The notes: generated by a model from the sequence alone, not told the origin. A stretch of DNA of 46,776 bases from Candidatus Staskawiczbacteria bacterium (GCA_016866675.1 VGLO01000002.1:1-46776), one strand, 5' to 3'; counted from the stretch's first letter, positions 24,859-33,838 are shown. Numbers and translations: made by a program.

Positions 24859-24872
24859 CTTGAAATTCGTTT
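24841..24872 (+). other. Perfect 14-bp hairpin spanning the murA stop codon (possible terminator or processing site)
   Basis: AAACGAATTTCAAG-ctaa-CTTGAAATTCGTTT. The TAA stop is in the loop. Only a short T-run follows. Confidence 0.6.
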
Positions 24873-24982
24873 GAGCTAAAATTTAAAAATTCAAAAATAA
24901 AAGTTAAGGTATTAAAATTTTTATTATTTGAAGTTTTAAAATATCATTTTGATATTTGATGTTTTAATTTTAAACTATATTT

Positions 24983-25990
24983 ATGTTTAATAATAAAATC
25001 GCAATTGATCTGGGCACTTGCAATTCCCTTGTTTATCTAAGAGGTAAGGGCGTTGTTTTGACAGAGCCGTCGGTTGTTGCAATTTCATTGTCTGAAAATA
25101 AAATTTTGGCAGTGGGAGACGCAGCAAAAGAAATGATTGGCAGAACTCCAGCAGACATTAAAGTTTACAGGCCAATGAGAGATGGCGTCATTGCTGATTA
25201 CAGGGTGACACAAGCAATGATGAGGCATTTTATCTCAAAAACAATGCCTCGTGTAAGGCCATTTAAGCCAGAGCTTGTAATTTCTGTGCCAGCTGGTATT
25301 ACAAGCACAGAAAGAAGGGCAGTTATTGAGGCTGCTTTGTCAGCTGGAGCCAGACAAGCTTATGTTGCAAAGGAGCCAATTTTGGCTGCGATTGGAGCTG
25401 GTATTCCTATTAACTCATGTTCTGGACACATGATTATTGATATTGGAGGCGGTACTTCAGAGGTTGCTGTAATTTCGCTTGGCGGGATTGTAGCCGCTCA
25501 CTCTGTAAGAGTTGCAGGAGATAAAATTGATGCAGCTATTACCGAATATATTAAGAAAAAATATAATCTTGCTGTTGGCACTCAATCTGCAGAAGAAATT
25601 AAAATAAAAGTAGGAACGGCTTTACCTCAGAAGGAAGTAAGATTTATGGAAATTCAAGGAAGGGATTTAATTTTGGGCTTACCAAGAAATATTAAAATTT
25701 CAAATAACGAGATATGTGAGGCAATTTCAGATGTATTAGCAGAAATTGTGCAAGCTGTAAAATTTGTTTTGTCACAAACCCCACCAGAACTTTCAGCTGA
25801 TATTATGAATAAGGGAATCATTATGGCTGGAGGAGGGTCACTGCTTCCAAGAATAAATGAGTTAGTAGCACAAAGCACTGGGGTGCCATGCTTTGTGGCT
25901 GACGAACCCTTGTTTTGCGTAATTAAGGGGACAGGAACGGTTTTAGAACACCTAGATGAATATAAGAAAGTGGTAATGTCAAAGAAGTAA
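24983..25990 (+). CDS. mreB: Rod-shape/actin-like protein MreB, paralog 1 (short N-terminus)
   Basis: IAIDLGTCNSLVY, DIGGGTSEVAVISLGGIV and MAGGGSLL are actin-fold MreB motifs. Confidence 0.93.
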   Translation: MFNNKIAIDLGTCNSLVYLRGKGVVLTEPSVVAISLSENKILAVGDAAKEMIGRTPADIKVYRPMRDGVIADYRVTQAMMRHFISKTMPRVRPFKPELVISVPAGITSTERRAVIEAALSAGARQAYVAKEPILAAIGAGIPINSCSGHMIIDIGGGTSEVAVISLGGIVAAHSVRVAGDKIDAAITEYIKKKYNLAVGTQSAEEIKIKVGTALPQKEVRFMEIQGRDLILGLPRNIKISNNEICEAISDVLAEIVQAVKFVLSQTPPELSADIMNKGIIMAGGGSLLPRINELVAQSTGVPCFVADEPLFCVIKGTGTVLEHLDEYKKVVMSKK

Positions 25991-26036
25991 ATATCGTCAA
26001 ATCATTTAAGGCTTAATCGTAGAAAATCAAATTTTT

Positions 26037-26870
26037 ATGGAAAGCAATTATCAAAGGCAATTTAATTTTCTAAAAAATGGATTTAAGTCTGGGAATTTAG
26101 CTCATGCATACTTGCTTTCCGGGATTGACATAGAATTGATATTTGATTTTACAAGAGATTTTGTTTCTTTTATTAATTGTTCTTTGGAAAATTCTCCATG
26201 CAGAAAATGCGTAAACTGCAAAATGATAAATTCAAAATCCTTCCCTGATTTAATGATTGTTAAATCACAGGATAGTGAAAGTTCGCAGAAAAATGAAAAA
26301 GATATGATGGAAATTTCCATTGAGCAGATAAGAAATGTCCAAAATTTTCTTTCTTTGAAGTCATACTACGGAAGCTTTAAATCGGTTATAATAGAAAATG
26401 CAGAAAGAATGAGTCAGGAGGCACAAAATTGTTTTTTAAAAACACTTGAAGAACCTAAGGGAGGAACACTTATTTTTTTAGTATCTTCTAGGCCAGATTT
26501 AATGTTGAGTACTATTTTTTCAAGGTGCCAGCAGTTAAAGTTTTCAGATAACAGAGGCAGTATACAAATTGAGGACAAATTATCTGCTGATATAAGAAAA
26601 GTTTTAAATATGGATTTGGCAGAAAAATTTAGTTTCGCAAAATCAGTAAACTTAGACGGGGTAAATTTTGGAAAATTATTAGAAGCTCTACAGGTTTACT
26701 TTAGGCAGGAAATGTTGAATGCAATTGGGTTTTGGGGTAAAGCAGAAAGTAAGTATTCAATTGAAAAAATAAAAAAAATAATTAGAATAATTGATAAAAT
26801 AGGTTATCAGTCCAGTATTTACAATATTAATCAAAGATTAGCATTAGAAGTAATATTAATGGAAATATAA
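26037..26870 (+). CDS. holB: DNA polymerase III delta-prime subunit (clamp-loader AAA+ family)
   Basis: AHAYLLSG start, Cys cluster CRKCVNCKMI, SRC-like FSRCQ motif. Short (277 aa). Confidence 0.8.
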   Translation: MESNYQRQFNFLKNGFKSGNLAHAYLLSGIDIELIFDFTRDFVSFINCSLENSPCRKCVNCKMINSKSFPDLMIVKSQDSESSQKNEKDMMEISIEQIRNVQNFLSLKSYYGSFKSVIIENAERMSQEAQNCFLKTLEEPKGGTLIFLVSSRPDLMLSTIFSRCQQLKFSDNRGSIQIEDKLSADIRKVLNMDLAEKFSFAKSVNLDGVNFGKLLEALQVYFRQEMLNAIGFWGKAESKYSIEKIKKIIRIIDKIGYQSSIYNINQRLALEVILMEI

Positions 26871-26876
26871 TTAGAG

Positions 26877-26940
26877 CATAGGATGTAGCGTATAGGGTGT
26901 AGTAAAAAAATAAATCCTAAATTCTAAATCCTAAATCCTA
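26877..26940 (+). repeat. CCTAAAT-heptamer hairpin family, copy C (upstream of frr)
   Basis: 5-prime arm TAGGATGTAGCGTATAGG (26879-26896) faces 3-prime arm CCTAAATTCTAAATCCTA (26916-26933). Hand pairing gives 14 WC + 1 G-U pair of 18. Shares TAGAGCATAGGATGTAG with copy B and TATAGGGTGTAG with copy A. Confidence 0.6.
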
Positions 26941-26943
26941 AAA

Positions 26944-27498
26944 ATGAGTTACAAAGAATTTACGGATAGGTTAAAACCAGAATTTGAGAAGTCTTTTAAA
27001 TTTCTTGAGTCTGAGCTTGCAAAAATTAGAACATCAAGAGCTTCTCCTGCCCTAATAGAGGATTTGGAGGTTGATTGTTTTGGTTCAAAATACTCTTTAA
27101 AGCAGTTAGCAGCCATTTCCTCTCCACAGCCAAATCAGTTGGTTATTCAACCTTGGGATAATTCATATATTGAGCCGATTGAGAAATCAATTTCTCAATC
27201 TGGTCTTGGAATGTCTTGTGCAGTTGATAAAAATTTATTAAGACTAAGTTTACCACTACTTACAGAAGAATATAGAAAAAGTCTTGCGAAGCTGTTAAGT
27301 GAAAAATCAGAACAGGCAAGGGAAACAATGAGAAAACTAAGAGATGAATCTTGGAGTAAAATACAACAGGCTCAAAGAGAGAAAAAACTTACAGAAGATG
27401 ATAAGTTTAAAGGAAAAGAGGAGTTACAGAAATTAATAGACGAGTATTCAAAAAAAATTAAGGATTTAGTTTCTAAAAAAGAAGGAGAAATTACATGA
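26944..27498 (+). CDS. frr: Ribosome recycling factor
   Basis: 184 aa; RRF-like (LAKIRTSRASPALIEDLEVDCFGS...LRDESWSKIQ..). Confidence 0.94.
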   Translation: MSYKEFTDRLKPEFEKSFKFLESELAKIRTSRASPALIEDLEVDCFGSKYSLKQLAAISSPQPNQLVIQPWDNSYIEPIEKSISQSGLGMSCAVDKNLLRLSLPLLTEEYRKSLAKLLSEKSEQARETMRKLRDESWSKIQQAQREKKLTEDDKFKGKEELQKLIDEYSKKIKDLVSKKEGEIT

Positions 27499-28613
27499 TC
27501 GGAGCACTAATAATTGCATTTTTTAGTTTAATTTTATTGATGATTATACATGAGTATGGTCATTTTATTATTGCTAAAAAATTTGGGGCAAGAATTGATG
27601 AATTTGGAATAGGATATCCACCAAAAATATTTGGAATAAAATTTGGCGAAACAGAATACTCAATAAACTTAATTCCCTTGGGAGCTTTTGTTAGAATTTA
27701 TGGTGAAGAAGGTGGAGTTGATGATTATAGAAGTTTTTCAAAACTTTCAATTTTTAAAAGAATACTAATTGTTTTGGGCGGAGTAATTGCGTTTTGGGTG
27801 GCAGCTGCCATTATTTTTTCCGTTGCTTTTTCTATTGGGGCAACTGTCCCAATTGGAGATCAAGATGTTGTTGGGGTAAGTAATACATCAATTCAAATTT
27901 TAGAAGTTGTTGAAAATTCACCTGCAAAAGTTGCTGGTCTTGAAGTGGGTGATAAAATTTTAAGTCTTGAACTTGGTGAAAAAAACATTATCGTAAAAAA
28001 AGTTTCCGACTTTCAATTATTTACTAAGGATAATAGTGGCAAAGAGATCACAGTTGTTTTAGAAAGGGAAGGTAAAATAGTGACAACGACAATTGTTCCA
28101 AGAGTAGAGTATCCTGAAGGTCAAGGTCCAACGGGTATTTCAATAGAAAGAATGGCAAATGTGATTGAAAAATATCCTTGGTATCAGGCTCCAATTCAAG
28201 GAACAATATACACAGGAAAGGTTACAATTGAGGCTCTAAAAGGTATTTACGGTTTTTTTGCAAGTTTATTTTCTGGAAATGGTGTACCAGTGGGAGCTGA
28301 GTTAGCTGGTCCAGTTGGAATTACAATTTTCTTGTCTCAAGCTGTATCTCTTGGTGTTGGATTTTTCTTATATTTTGTTGGGTCTCTGTCTGTTTTACTT
28401 GCCATATTTAATTTGTTTCCAATACCTGCATTAGATGGTGGCAAGCTTTTATTTTTAATTATTGAAGCTGTAAAAAGAAAACCCGTTTCAATAAAAATAG
28501 AGCAGGTTTTGACAATTGTATTTTTTGTTTTGTTAATCTCAATGTCAATTTTTATTACAATAAAGTTTGATGTCCCAAGAGTAATGGATCTTTGGGCTGC
28601 AGGACTAAAATAA
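27495..28613 (+). CDS. rseP: RIP site-2 metalloprotease (M50 family, RseP-like) with PDZ domain
   Basis: HEYGHF (HExxH) in TM1; NLFPIPALDGG motif; central PDZ-like segment; ATGA overlap with frr. Confidence 0.92.
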   Translation: MIGALIIAFFSLILLMIIHEYGHFIIAKKFGARIDEFGIGYPPKIFGIKFGETEYSINLIPLGAFVRIYGEEGGVDDYRSFSKLSIFKRILIVLGGVIAFWVAAAIIFSVAFSIGATVPIGDQDVVGVSNTSIQILEVVENSPAKVAGLEVGDKILSLELGEKNIIVKKVSDFQLFTKDNSGKEITVVLEREGKIVTTTIVPRVEYPEGQGPTGISIERMANVIEKYPWYQAPIQGTIYTGKVTIEALKGIYGFFASLFSGNGVPVGAELAGPVGITIFLSQAVSLGVGFFLYFVGSLSVLLAIFNLFPIPALDGGKLLFLIIEAVKRKPVSIKIEQVLTIVFFVLLISMSIFITIKFDVPRVMDLWAAGLK

Positions 28614-28619
28614 AAAATT

Positions 28620-29873
28620 ATGAAACAGTCAAAATTGTTCTATAGAATAAATAAAAGCAAAGGCTCAAACATTGAGTCTGTTTCGCATGATTTATTAATC
28701 AGAGCAGGTTATATTGATCAGTTAATGGCTGGTGTTTATAGTTTTTTGCCACTTGGATTTTTAGTTTTAAAAAACATTGAATCTATTATACGAAAAAATA
28801 TGTTGGAGGTTGGTGGTCAGGAGTTGTTGATGCCTGTTTTACAACCAAAAGAAAATTGGGTTAAAACAAACAGAATTGAAGCAGAAAAAGAAATTCTTTT
28901 TAGAGTAGAGGGTAATGGTGGCAAAGAGTATGTGCTCGGCCCAACTCATGAGGAAGTTGTGACCCCACTAGCTAAAAAAATTATTTTCTCTTATCGAGAT
29001 TTACCATTATCTGTTTTTCAAATTCAAGATAAGTTAAGAGATGAGTTAAGACCAAAGTCCGGACTTCTTCGTGTAAAAGAATTTTGGATGAAGGATTTAT
29101 ATTCTTTTCATGCAAATCAGGCTGACTTAGACAAGTATTACGAGGTTGTTGCCAATTCCTACGAAAAAATATTCAAGGAATGTGGTTTGGGAAAAATAAC
29201 TTATAGGACATTGGCATCTGGGGGAAGTTTTTCGAAGTATTCAGATGAATTTCAAATGATTACGGATGCAGGTGAAGACTTAATTTATATTTGCAAAAAA
29301 TGTAGCTTAGCAATAAATAAAGAAATAAAGTCTGAAAATCCTGTATGCCCAAATTGTAAAGGCGGAGAGTTTGAGGAAAAAAAGGCAGTTGAGGTAGGAA
29401 ATATTTTTAAACTTGCAACCAAGTATTCTAATCCGTTTGATTTAAAGTTTACAGATAGGGATGGTGAGGATAAAAATGTTTTAATGGGTTGCTATGGAAT
29501 TGGCTTAGGAAGACTTATGGGTGCGATAGTTGAAGCAAATAATGATGCAAATGGAATAATTTGGCCAAAGTCCGTGGCTCCGTTTTTAGTTCACATTATT
29601 TTATTAGATAAGACTAGTAATGGCAAAGAGATTGCAGAAAAATTATACCAAAATTTGCAAAAGGAAGATATTAAAGTATTATATGATGATAGGCAAGACA
29701 AGTCAGCGGGGGAAAGGTTTGCAGAATCAGACCTAATTGGTATACCTTATCGGGTTGTCATATCAGAAAAAACATTGGAAAAGAAGTCAGTGGAAATAAA
29801 AGAAAGGGTCAGTAATTCTGAAAAGTTAGTTAAAGTGAGCAGTCTAATTAGTTATATAAAAAAGAATGTTTAA
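28620..29873 (+). CDS. proS: Proline--tRNA ligase, short form lacking the INS editing domain
   Basis: Class II motif 2 context FQIQDKLRDELRPKSGLLRVKEFWMKDLYSFH. 417 aa. CKKC...CPNC insertion between the motifs. Confidence 0.9.
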   Translation: MKQSKLFYRINKSKGSNIESVSHDLLIRAGYIDQLMAGVYSFLPLGFLVLKNIESIIRKNMLEVGGQELLMPVLQPKENWVKTNRIEAEKEILFRVEGNGGKEYVLGPTHEEVVTPLAKKIIFSYRDLPLSVFQIQDKLRDELRPKSGLLRVKEFWMKDLYSFHANQADLDKYYEVVANSYEKIFKECGLGKITYRTLASGGSFSKYSDEFQMITDAGEDLIYICKKCSLAINKEIKSENPVCPNCKGGEFEEKKAVEVGNIFKLATKYSNPFDLKFTDRDGEDKNVLMGCYGIGLGRLMGAIVEANNDANGIIWPKSVAPFLVHIILLDKTSNGKEIAEKLYQNLQKEDIKVLYDDRQDKSAGERFAESDLIGIPYRVVISEKTLEKKSVEIKERVSNSEKLVKVSSLISYIKKNV

Positions 29874-30933
29874 AAGTGCAAAAAATTTATTCTCATTTTT
29901 GTCTCTTGATATGGCAATTGATTTGGGTACTGCAAATTCCTTGGTTTATGTTAAGGATAGAGGAATAATTATAAATGAGCCATCTGTCGTTGCTGTTAAT
30001 AATAAAACCGGACAGATTTTAGCTATTGGGGAAGAGGCAAAAAAAATGGTTGGTAGGACACCCTCCTACATTACTGCAACAAGGCCACTGGTTAACGGCG
30101 TTATTTCTGATTTTGAGGTGACAGAACAAATGTTAAAGTATTTTATTGAAAAATCTGTGCAAGGTAGCAAGAAAATATTTGGTTTTGGATATAATCCAAG
30201 AGTAATTATTGGTATTCCTTGCGGAGTGACAGAAGTTGAAAGAAAGGCTGTAAGAGATGCCGCAAAATCCGCCGGAGCAAGAACAGTTTTTTTAATTGAA
30301 GAGCCTTTAGCTTCAGCTATCGGGGCAAAACTTCCTATTCAAGAAGCTGGAGGAAACTTTATTGTTGATATTGGCGGTGGTACAACAGAGGTTGCGGTAA
30401 TTTCTATGGGCGGAATTGTGACATCAAGAAGCCTTAGAATTGCAGGAGATAAATTAAATGATGATATTGTTCAGTTTGCTCAAAAGGAGTACAAACTCCT
30501 AATTGGCGAGAGAACTGCAGAGCAAATAAAAATAAGTATTGGGTCAGCTATGCCATTAAAAGAAAAAAAAGAAATTGCAATGAGGGGTAGAAATTTAGTG
30601 ACAGGACTCCCAGAAGAAGTGATTGTTTTTAATGATGACATACAAAGAGCATTGGAAAGATCTGTAAAGCAAATTGTTTCGGCAATTAAAACAACAATTG
30701 AAGAGACTCCTCCAGAGCTTTTGTCTGATGTAATGACAAACGGGATTTTTTTGGCTGGTGGTGGAAGTTTGTTGAAAGGATTAGATGTTTTAATTGCTAA
30801 AGAAACAAAAATGCCTTGCAGAATTATTGACGACCCCATGACATCTGTTGTAAGAGGTTCGGGAATTGCTTTAGAAAACATTGAAACCTTAGCTGACTTG
30901 ATGGCAAAGGATGAAGAGTGGGCAATAGCATAG
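29866..30933 (+). CDS. mreB: MreB, paralog 2 (with N-terminal amphipathic-helix-like extension)
   Basis: MAIDLGTANSLVY, DIGGGTTEVAVISMGGIV and LAGGGSLL motifs. N-terminus is MFKSAKNLFSFLS. Confidence 0.93.
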   Translation: MFKSAKNLFSFLSLDMAIDLGTANSLVYVKDRGIIINEPSVVAVNNKTGQILAIGEEAKKMVGRTPSYITATRPLVNGVISDFEVTEQMLKYFIEKSVQGSKKIFGFGYNPRVIIGIPCGVTEVERKAVRDAAKSAGARTVFLIEEPLASAIGAKLPIQEAGGNFIVDIGGGTTEVAVISMGGIVTSRSLRIAGDKLNDDIVQFAQKEYKLLIGERTAEQIKISIGSAMPLKEKKEIAMRGRNLVTGLPEEVIVFNDDIQRALERSVKQIVSAIKTTIEETPPELLSDVMTNGIFLAGGGSLLKGLDVLIAKETKMPCRIIDDPMTSVVRGSGIALENIETLADLMAKDEEWAIA

Positions 30934-30995
30934 TTTTTTTATATATTTTTATAAAAAAAGAACCTCAGCTACGATGTGCGTGGCGGAGGCCTGAA

Positions 30996-31205
30996 TCAGT
31001 TGAGCTCTGGTTTGAATTGATTATTATAAACAATCACCTTTTTTGCGCCTAACTTTTCCATCAGACACCTCAAGCATTGGCCGTCTTTGGAGTTTGTGCT
31101 TGAGTAATAGTCATCGGTGGGAGTGCAAACGTACACCCTCTTACATGTTTTGCAGCAAACTTCTTTGCAGCACGGTGACCATTTTTTCATAGGAAAATCA
31201 TCCAT
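30996..31205 (-). CDS. Hypothetical ten-cysteine small protein (69 aa)
   Basis: ORF MDDFPMKKWSPCCKEVCCKTCKRVYVCTPT...CLRCLMEK. Its ATG overlaps the stop of the upstream micro-ORF (TAATG). Promoter at 31359-31386. Confidence 0.6.
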   Translation of the reverse strand: MDDFPMKKWSPCCKEVCCKTCKRVYVCTPTDDYYSSTNSKDGQCLRCLMEKLGAKKVIVYNNQFKPELN

Positions 31206-31300
31206 TAGAGCTCTTTATCAATCGTTCGCGTGCCGATGTAGATACTAATCAGAAATAAGGTAGTAAACCCTATTAAGCCCAGAATCCACCAAATCACCAT
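31205..31300 (-). CDS. Hypothetical 31-aa single-TM micro-protein
   Basis: Hand translation gives MVIWWILGLIGFTTLFLISIYIGTRTIDKEL. GAGAGGG Shine-Dalgarno about 7 nt upstream. Not in the ORF track (too short). Confidence 0.5.
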   Translation of the reverse strand: MVIWWILGLIGFTTLFLISIYIGTRTIDKEL

Positions 31301-31358
31301 GATATACCCTCTCTAAATGCGTTGAATTGTAAAAGAGGCGAAAACCGGCTACGACCCC

Positions 31359-31386
31359 ACTATACAATTATTGAAAACTATGTCAA
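31359..31386 (-). promoter_or_regulatory. Near-consensus promoter for the minus-strand micro-operon
   Basis: On the minus strand: TTGACA (31386-31381), 16 nt, TATAGT (31364-31359). Confidence 0.55.
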
Positions 31387-31424
31387 GTCTTTAATGGGTA
31401 GACCAATTTTGATACAATTGTTAA

Positions 31425-31706
31425 ATGATTTCTAAAGAAGAAGTAATTCATATAGCCAAGCTTGCTAGGCTAGAGCTAACAGATGAGGATATTGTGAATA
31501 TGCAGAAAGATATGTCTGCAATTTTGGATTATTTTGAAATACTTAAAAAAGCTAAAACATCAAATTCTAAAGATCAGATTTTACAATTAGAAAATGTATT
31601 ACGGGAGGACGAAGTTTTACTGAAAAGATCTAGTTTAGCTGGAGACTTGGTTAAATTGGCTCCAGAAAGAAAAGAAGAACATATTAAAGTAAAGCAGATT
31701 TTATAA
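31425..31706 (+). CDS. gatC: Glu/Asp-tRNA amidotransferase subunit C
   Basis: MISKEEVIHIAKLARLELTDEDI is a typical GatC start. TAATG overlap with gatA. Confidence 0.93.
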   Translation: MISKEEVIHIAKLARLELTDEDIVNMQKDMSAILDYFEILKKAKTSNSKDQILQLENVLREDEVLLKRSSLAGDLVKLAPERKEEHIKVKQIL

Positions 31707-33124
31707 TGCAATTACTAGATTTAACAATTAGGCAAATTCATGAAGGGCTAAAAAGTAAAAAGTTTACGAGTCAAGAAATTACTAAGGCCTATATTGAGCA
31801 AATTAAAAAGAATGATGGAATCATTGGAGCATATTTGTCTTTGACGGAAGACTTGGCTTTAGAGCAAGCTAAAAAGGCAGATATTGAAATTGAAAAAAAT
31901 AATGAATTTCCACTTTTAACTGGAGTGCCATTTGCAGTAAAGGACGCAATTTTAGTTGAAGGAAAAATTGCAACTGCAGGGTCAAAAATTTTAGAAAACT
32001 ATGTTTCTCCCTATGACGCAACTGTTATAGAAAAACTTAAGAGGGAGGGAGCAGTTATTTTAGGAAAAACAAATTTAGATGAGTTTGCCATGGGAGCTTC
32101 AACCGAAAATTCTGCTTTCAAAATTACAAAAAATCCACATGATACAAGTCGTGTGGCAGGAGGAAGTTCTGGAGGGTCTGCGGCTTCTGTAGCTTCAAAC
32201 GAGGCAGTCTTTTCACTTGGTTCAGATACAGGGGGTTCTATAAGGCTCCCAGCGTCATTTTGTGGTGTTGTCGGATTGAATCCAACCTATGGAGCTGTCT
32301 CACGATACGGCTTAATTGCTTTAGCTTCTTCTTTAGACCAAATTGGACCATTTGCAAAAAACGTTGAAGATTGCAAAATAGTCTTTAAAGTAATATCGGG
32401 TAAAGATAAAAAAGACGCAACAAATCAAAACTATAATTTTGAAGATTCAAATTTAAAACTAAATGGTTTGAAGATTGGTATTCCCAAGGAATACTTTCAA
32501 GAGGGAATAGATAAAAATGTAGAAAAAGTTGTTAAAGATGCAATTAAAAAAGCAGAGGATGCAGGGGCGAAAATTACTGAGATAAGTCTTCCAAACTCTC
32601 AATATGCTATTGCCTGTTATTATATTATTGTACCATCTGAAGCTTCAGCAAACTTGGCAAGATATGATGGAATAAAATATGGTTTTTCAGAAAAGTCTGC
32701 AAAAGATTTGCTAGAAGTTTATTTAAAAAGCAGGGGCAAAGGACTAGGTAGAGAACCCCAAAGAAGAATTATGCTTGGCACATATGCTTTATCAAGCGGA
32801 TATTATGATGCCTACTATAAAAAAGCTCAAGAAGTTAGGGAATTGATAAAAAAAGATTTTGTTAATGCATTTTTAAAAGTTGATCTGATATTCTCTCCGG
32901 TTGCTCCCTTTACAGCCTTTAAGGTTGGAGAAAAGGCAAATGACCCGTTGTCTATGTATTTAGTTGATATGTATACTAGCGCCGTAAAATTAGCCGGTCT
33001 GCCAGCCCTATCATTGCCAGCAGGTAAAGCAGACGGCTTGCCTGTTGGTTTACAAATTATAGGAAACTACTTTGAGGAATCAAAAATTCTGTCAGTTGCA
33101 GAAGAGTTGGAGAATTTGCTATAA
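31706..33124 (+). CDS. gatA: Glu/Asp-tRNA amidotransferase subunit A (amidase signature family)
   Basis: Amidase signature GGSSGGSAASVA...GSDTGGSIRLPASFCG. Confidence 0.96.
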   Translation: MQLLDLTIRQIHEGLKSKKFTSQEITKAYIEQIKKNDGIIGAYLSLTEDLALEQAKKADIEIEKNNEFPLLTGVPFAVKDAILVEGKIATAGSKILENYVSPYDATVIEKLKREGAVILGKTNLDEFAMGASTENSAFKITKNPHDTSRVAGGSSGGSAASVASNEAVFSLGSDTGGSIRLPASFCGVVGLNPTYGAVSRYGLIALASSLDQIGPFAKNVEDCKIVFKVISGKDKKDATNQNYNFEDSNLKLNGLKIGIPKEYFQEGIDKNVEKVVKDAIKKAEDAGAKITEISLPNSQYAIACYYIIVPSEASANLARYDGIKYGFSEKSAKDLLEVYLKSRGKGLGREPQRRIMLGTYALSSGYYDAYYKKAQEVRELIKKDFVNAFLKVDLIFSPVAPFTAFKVGEKANDPLSMYLVDMYTSAVKLAGLPALSLPAGKADGLPVGLQIIGNYFEESKILSVAEELENLL

Positions 33125-33143
33125 TCAAGGAACATTTTAAAAT

Positions 33144-33704
33144 ATGAGTCTTCCTTGGGATCAAAATTGGGAAAAACTTTATGATGCTTTAGGCATCAGG
33201 GATTTTATTTATTTTATTAGCTCTCCGAGTATTCAAGATACTCTTTTTCCAGTTAAATTAATATTTATAATTTTTGGGCTGTTTTTTTTGTGTGCCGTAA
33301 TCTATTTTTACTTAAATAGTAGTTATTTAAGAAACGCATTCATAGAAGACTACTCTGAGTTTTTTGCATGGCAGGCTTATGGATTAAAAGCAGTTGATAA
33401 AAAGTGGAAATCTATTACTAAAAAAATTATAACAGAATCAGAAAAAGAGTATAAACTAGCCATGCTTGAGGCAGATGAATTTCTTTTTGAAGAAATGCAG
33501 GACGCAGAATTTTCAGGTGGTAGTTTTGAAGAGATGCTTAATGGAGATGGAAGAAGATTAATTCAAAATTGGGATGAAATTTTAGAGGCCCATAAAATAA
33601 GAAACTTAATAGTTCATAATATAAGCTATAGTTTGGATGTTAATTTGGCAAAAAGAATGCTAGAAGAATATGAGAAAGCTATTAAAAGTATTTATTCTTA
33701 CTAG
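33144..33704 (+). CDS. Hypothetical membrane protein
   Basis: 186-aa ORF with one TM helix (LIFIIFGLFFLCAVIYFYL). No family recognised. Confidence 0.6.
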   Translation: MSLPWDQNWEKLYDALGIRDFIYFISSPSIQDTLFPVKLIFIIFGLFFLCAVIYFYLNSSYLRNAFIEDYSEFFAWQAYGLKAVDKKWKSITKKIITESEKEYKLAMLEADEFLFEEMQDAEFSGGSFEEMLNGDGRRLIQNWDEILEAHKIRNLIVHNISYSLDVNLAKRMLEEYEKAIKSIYSY

Positions 33705-33838
33705 ATTATCCTATAAAACCAATCCCAACTGCCCAAAGAATAGTGCTTAACGCAACCAAGCTTATTAGTATAGCCCAAAATATTCTAAATAATTTTTTTG
33801 ATTTTATTTTCATTTTGATTATTTTTTAAGATTATTCT

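Noticed and set aside
31706-33704. Expected gatB immediately after gatCA
   Set aside because: The downstream ORF (33144-33704) is a small membrane protein with no GatB motifs. gatB is presumably elsewhere. This is not evidence of loss, since gatB is often unlinked.
33706-33813. 35-aa minus-strand micro-ORF MKIKSKKLFRIFWAILISLVALSTILWAVGIGFIG in the 134-nt spacer before the ftsB-like gene
   Set aside because: It is a plausible TM peptide, but I found no Shine-Dalgarno or promoter, and hydrophobic micro-ORFs arise easily in AT-rich spacers. It is kept as unproven rather than annotated.
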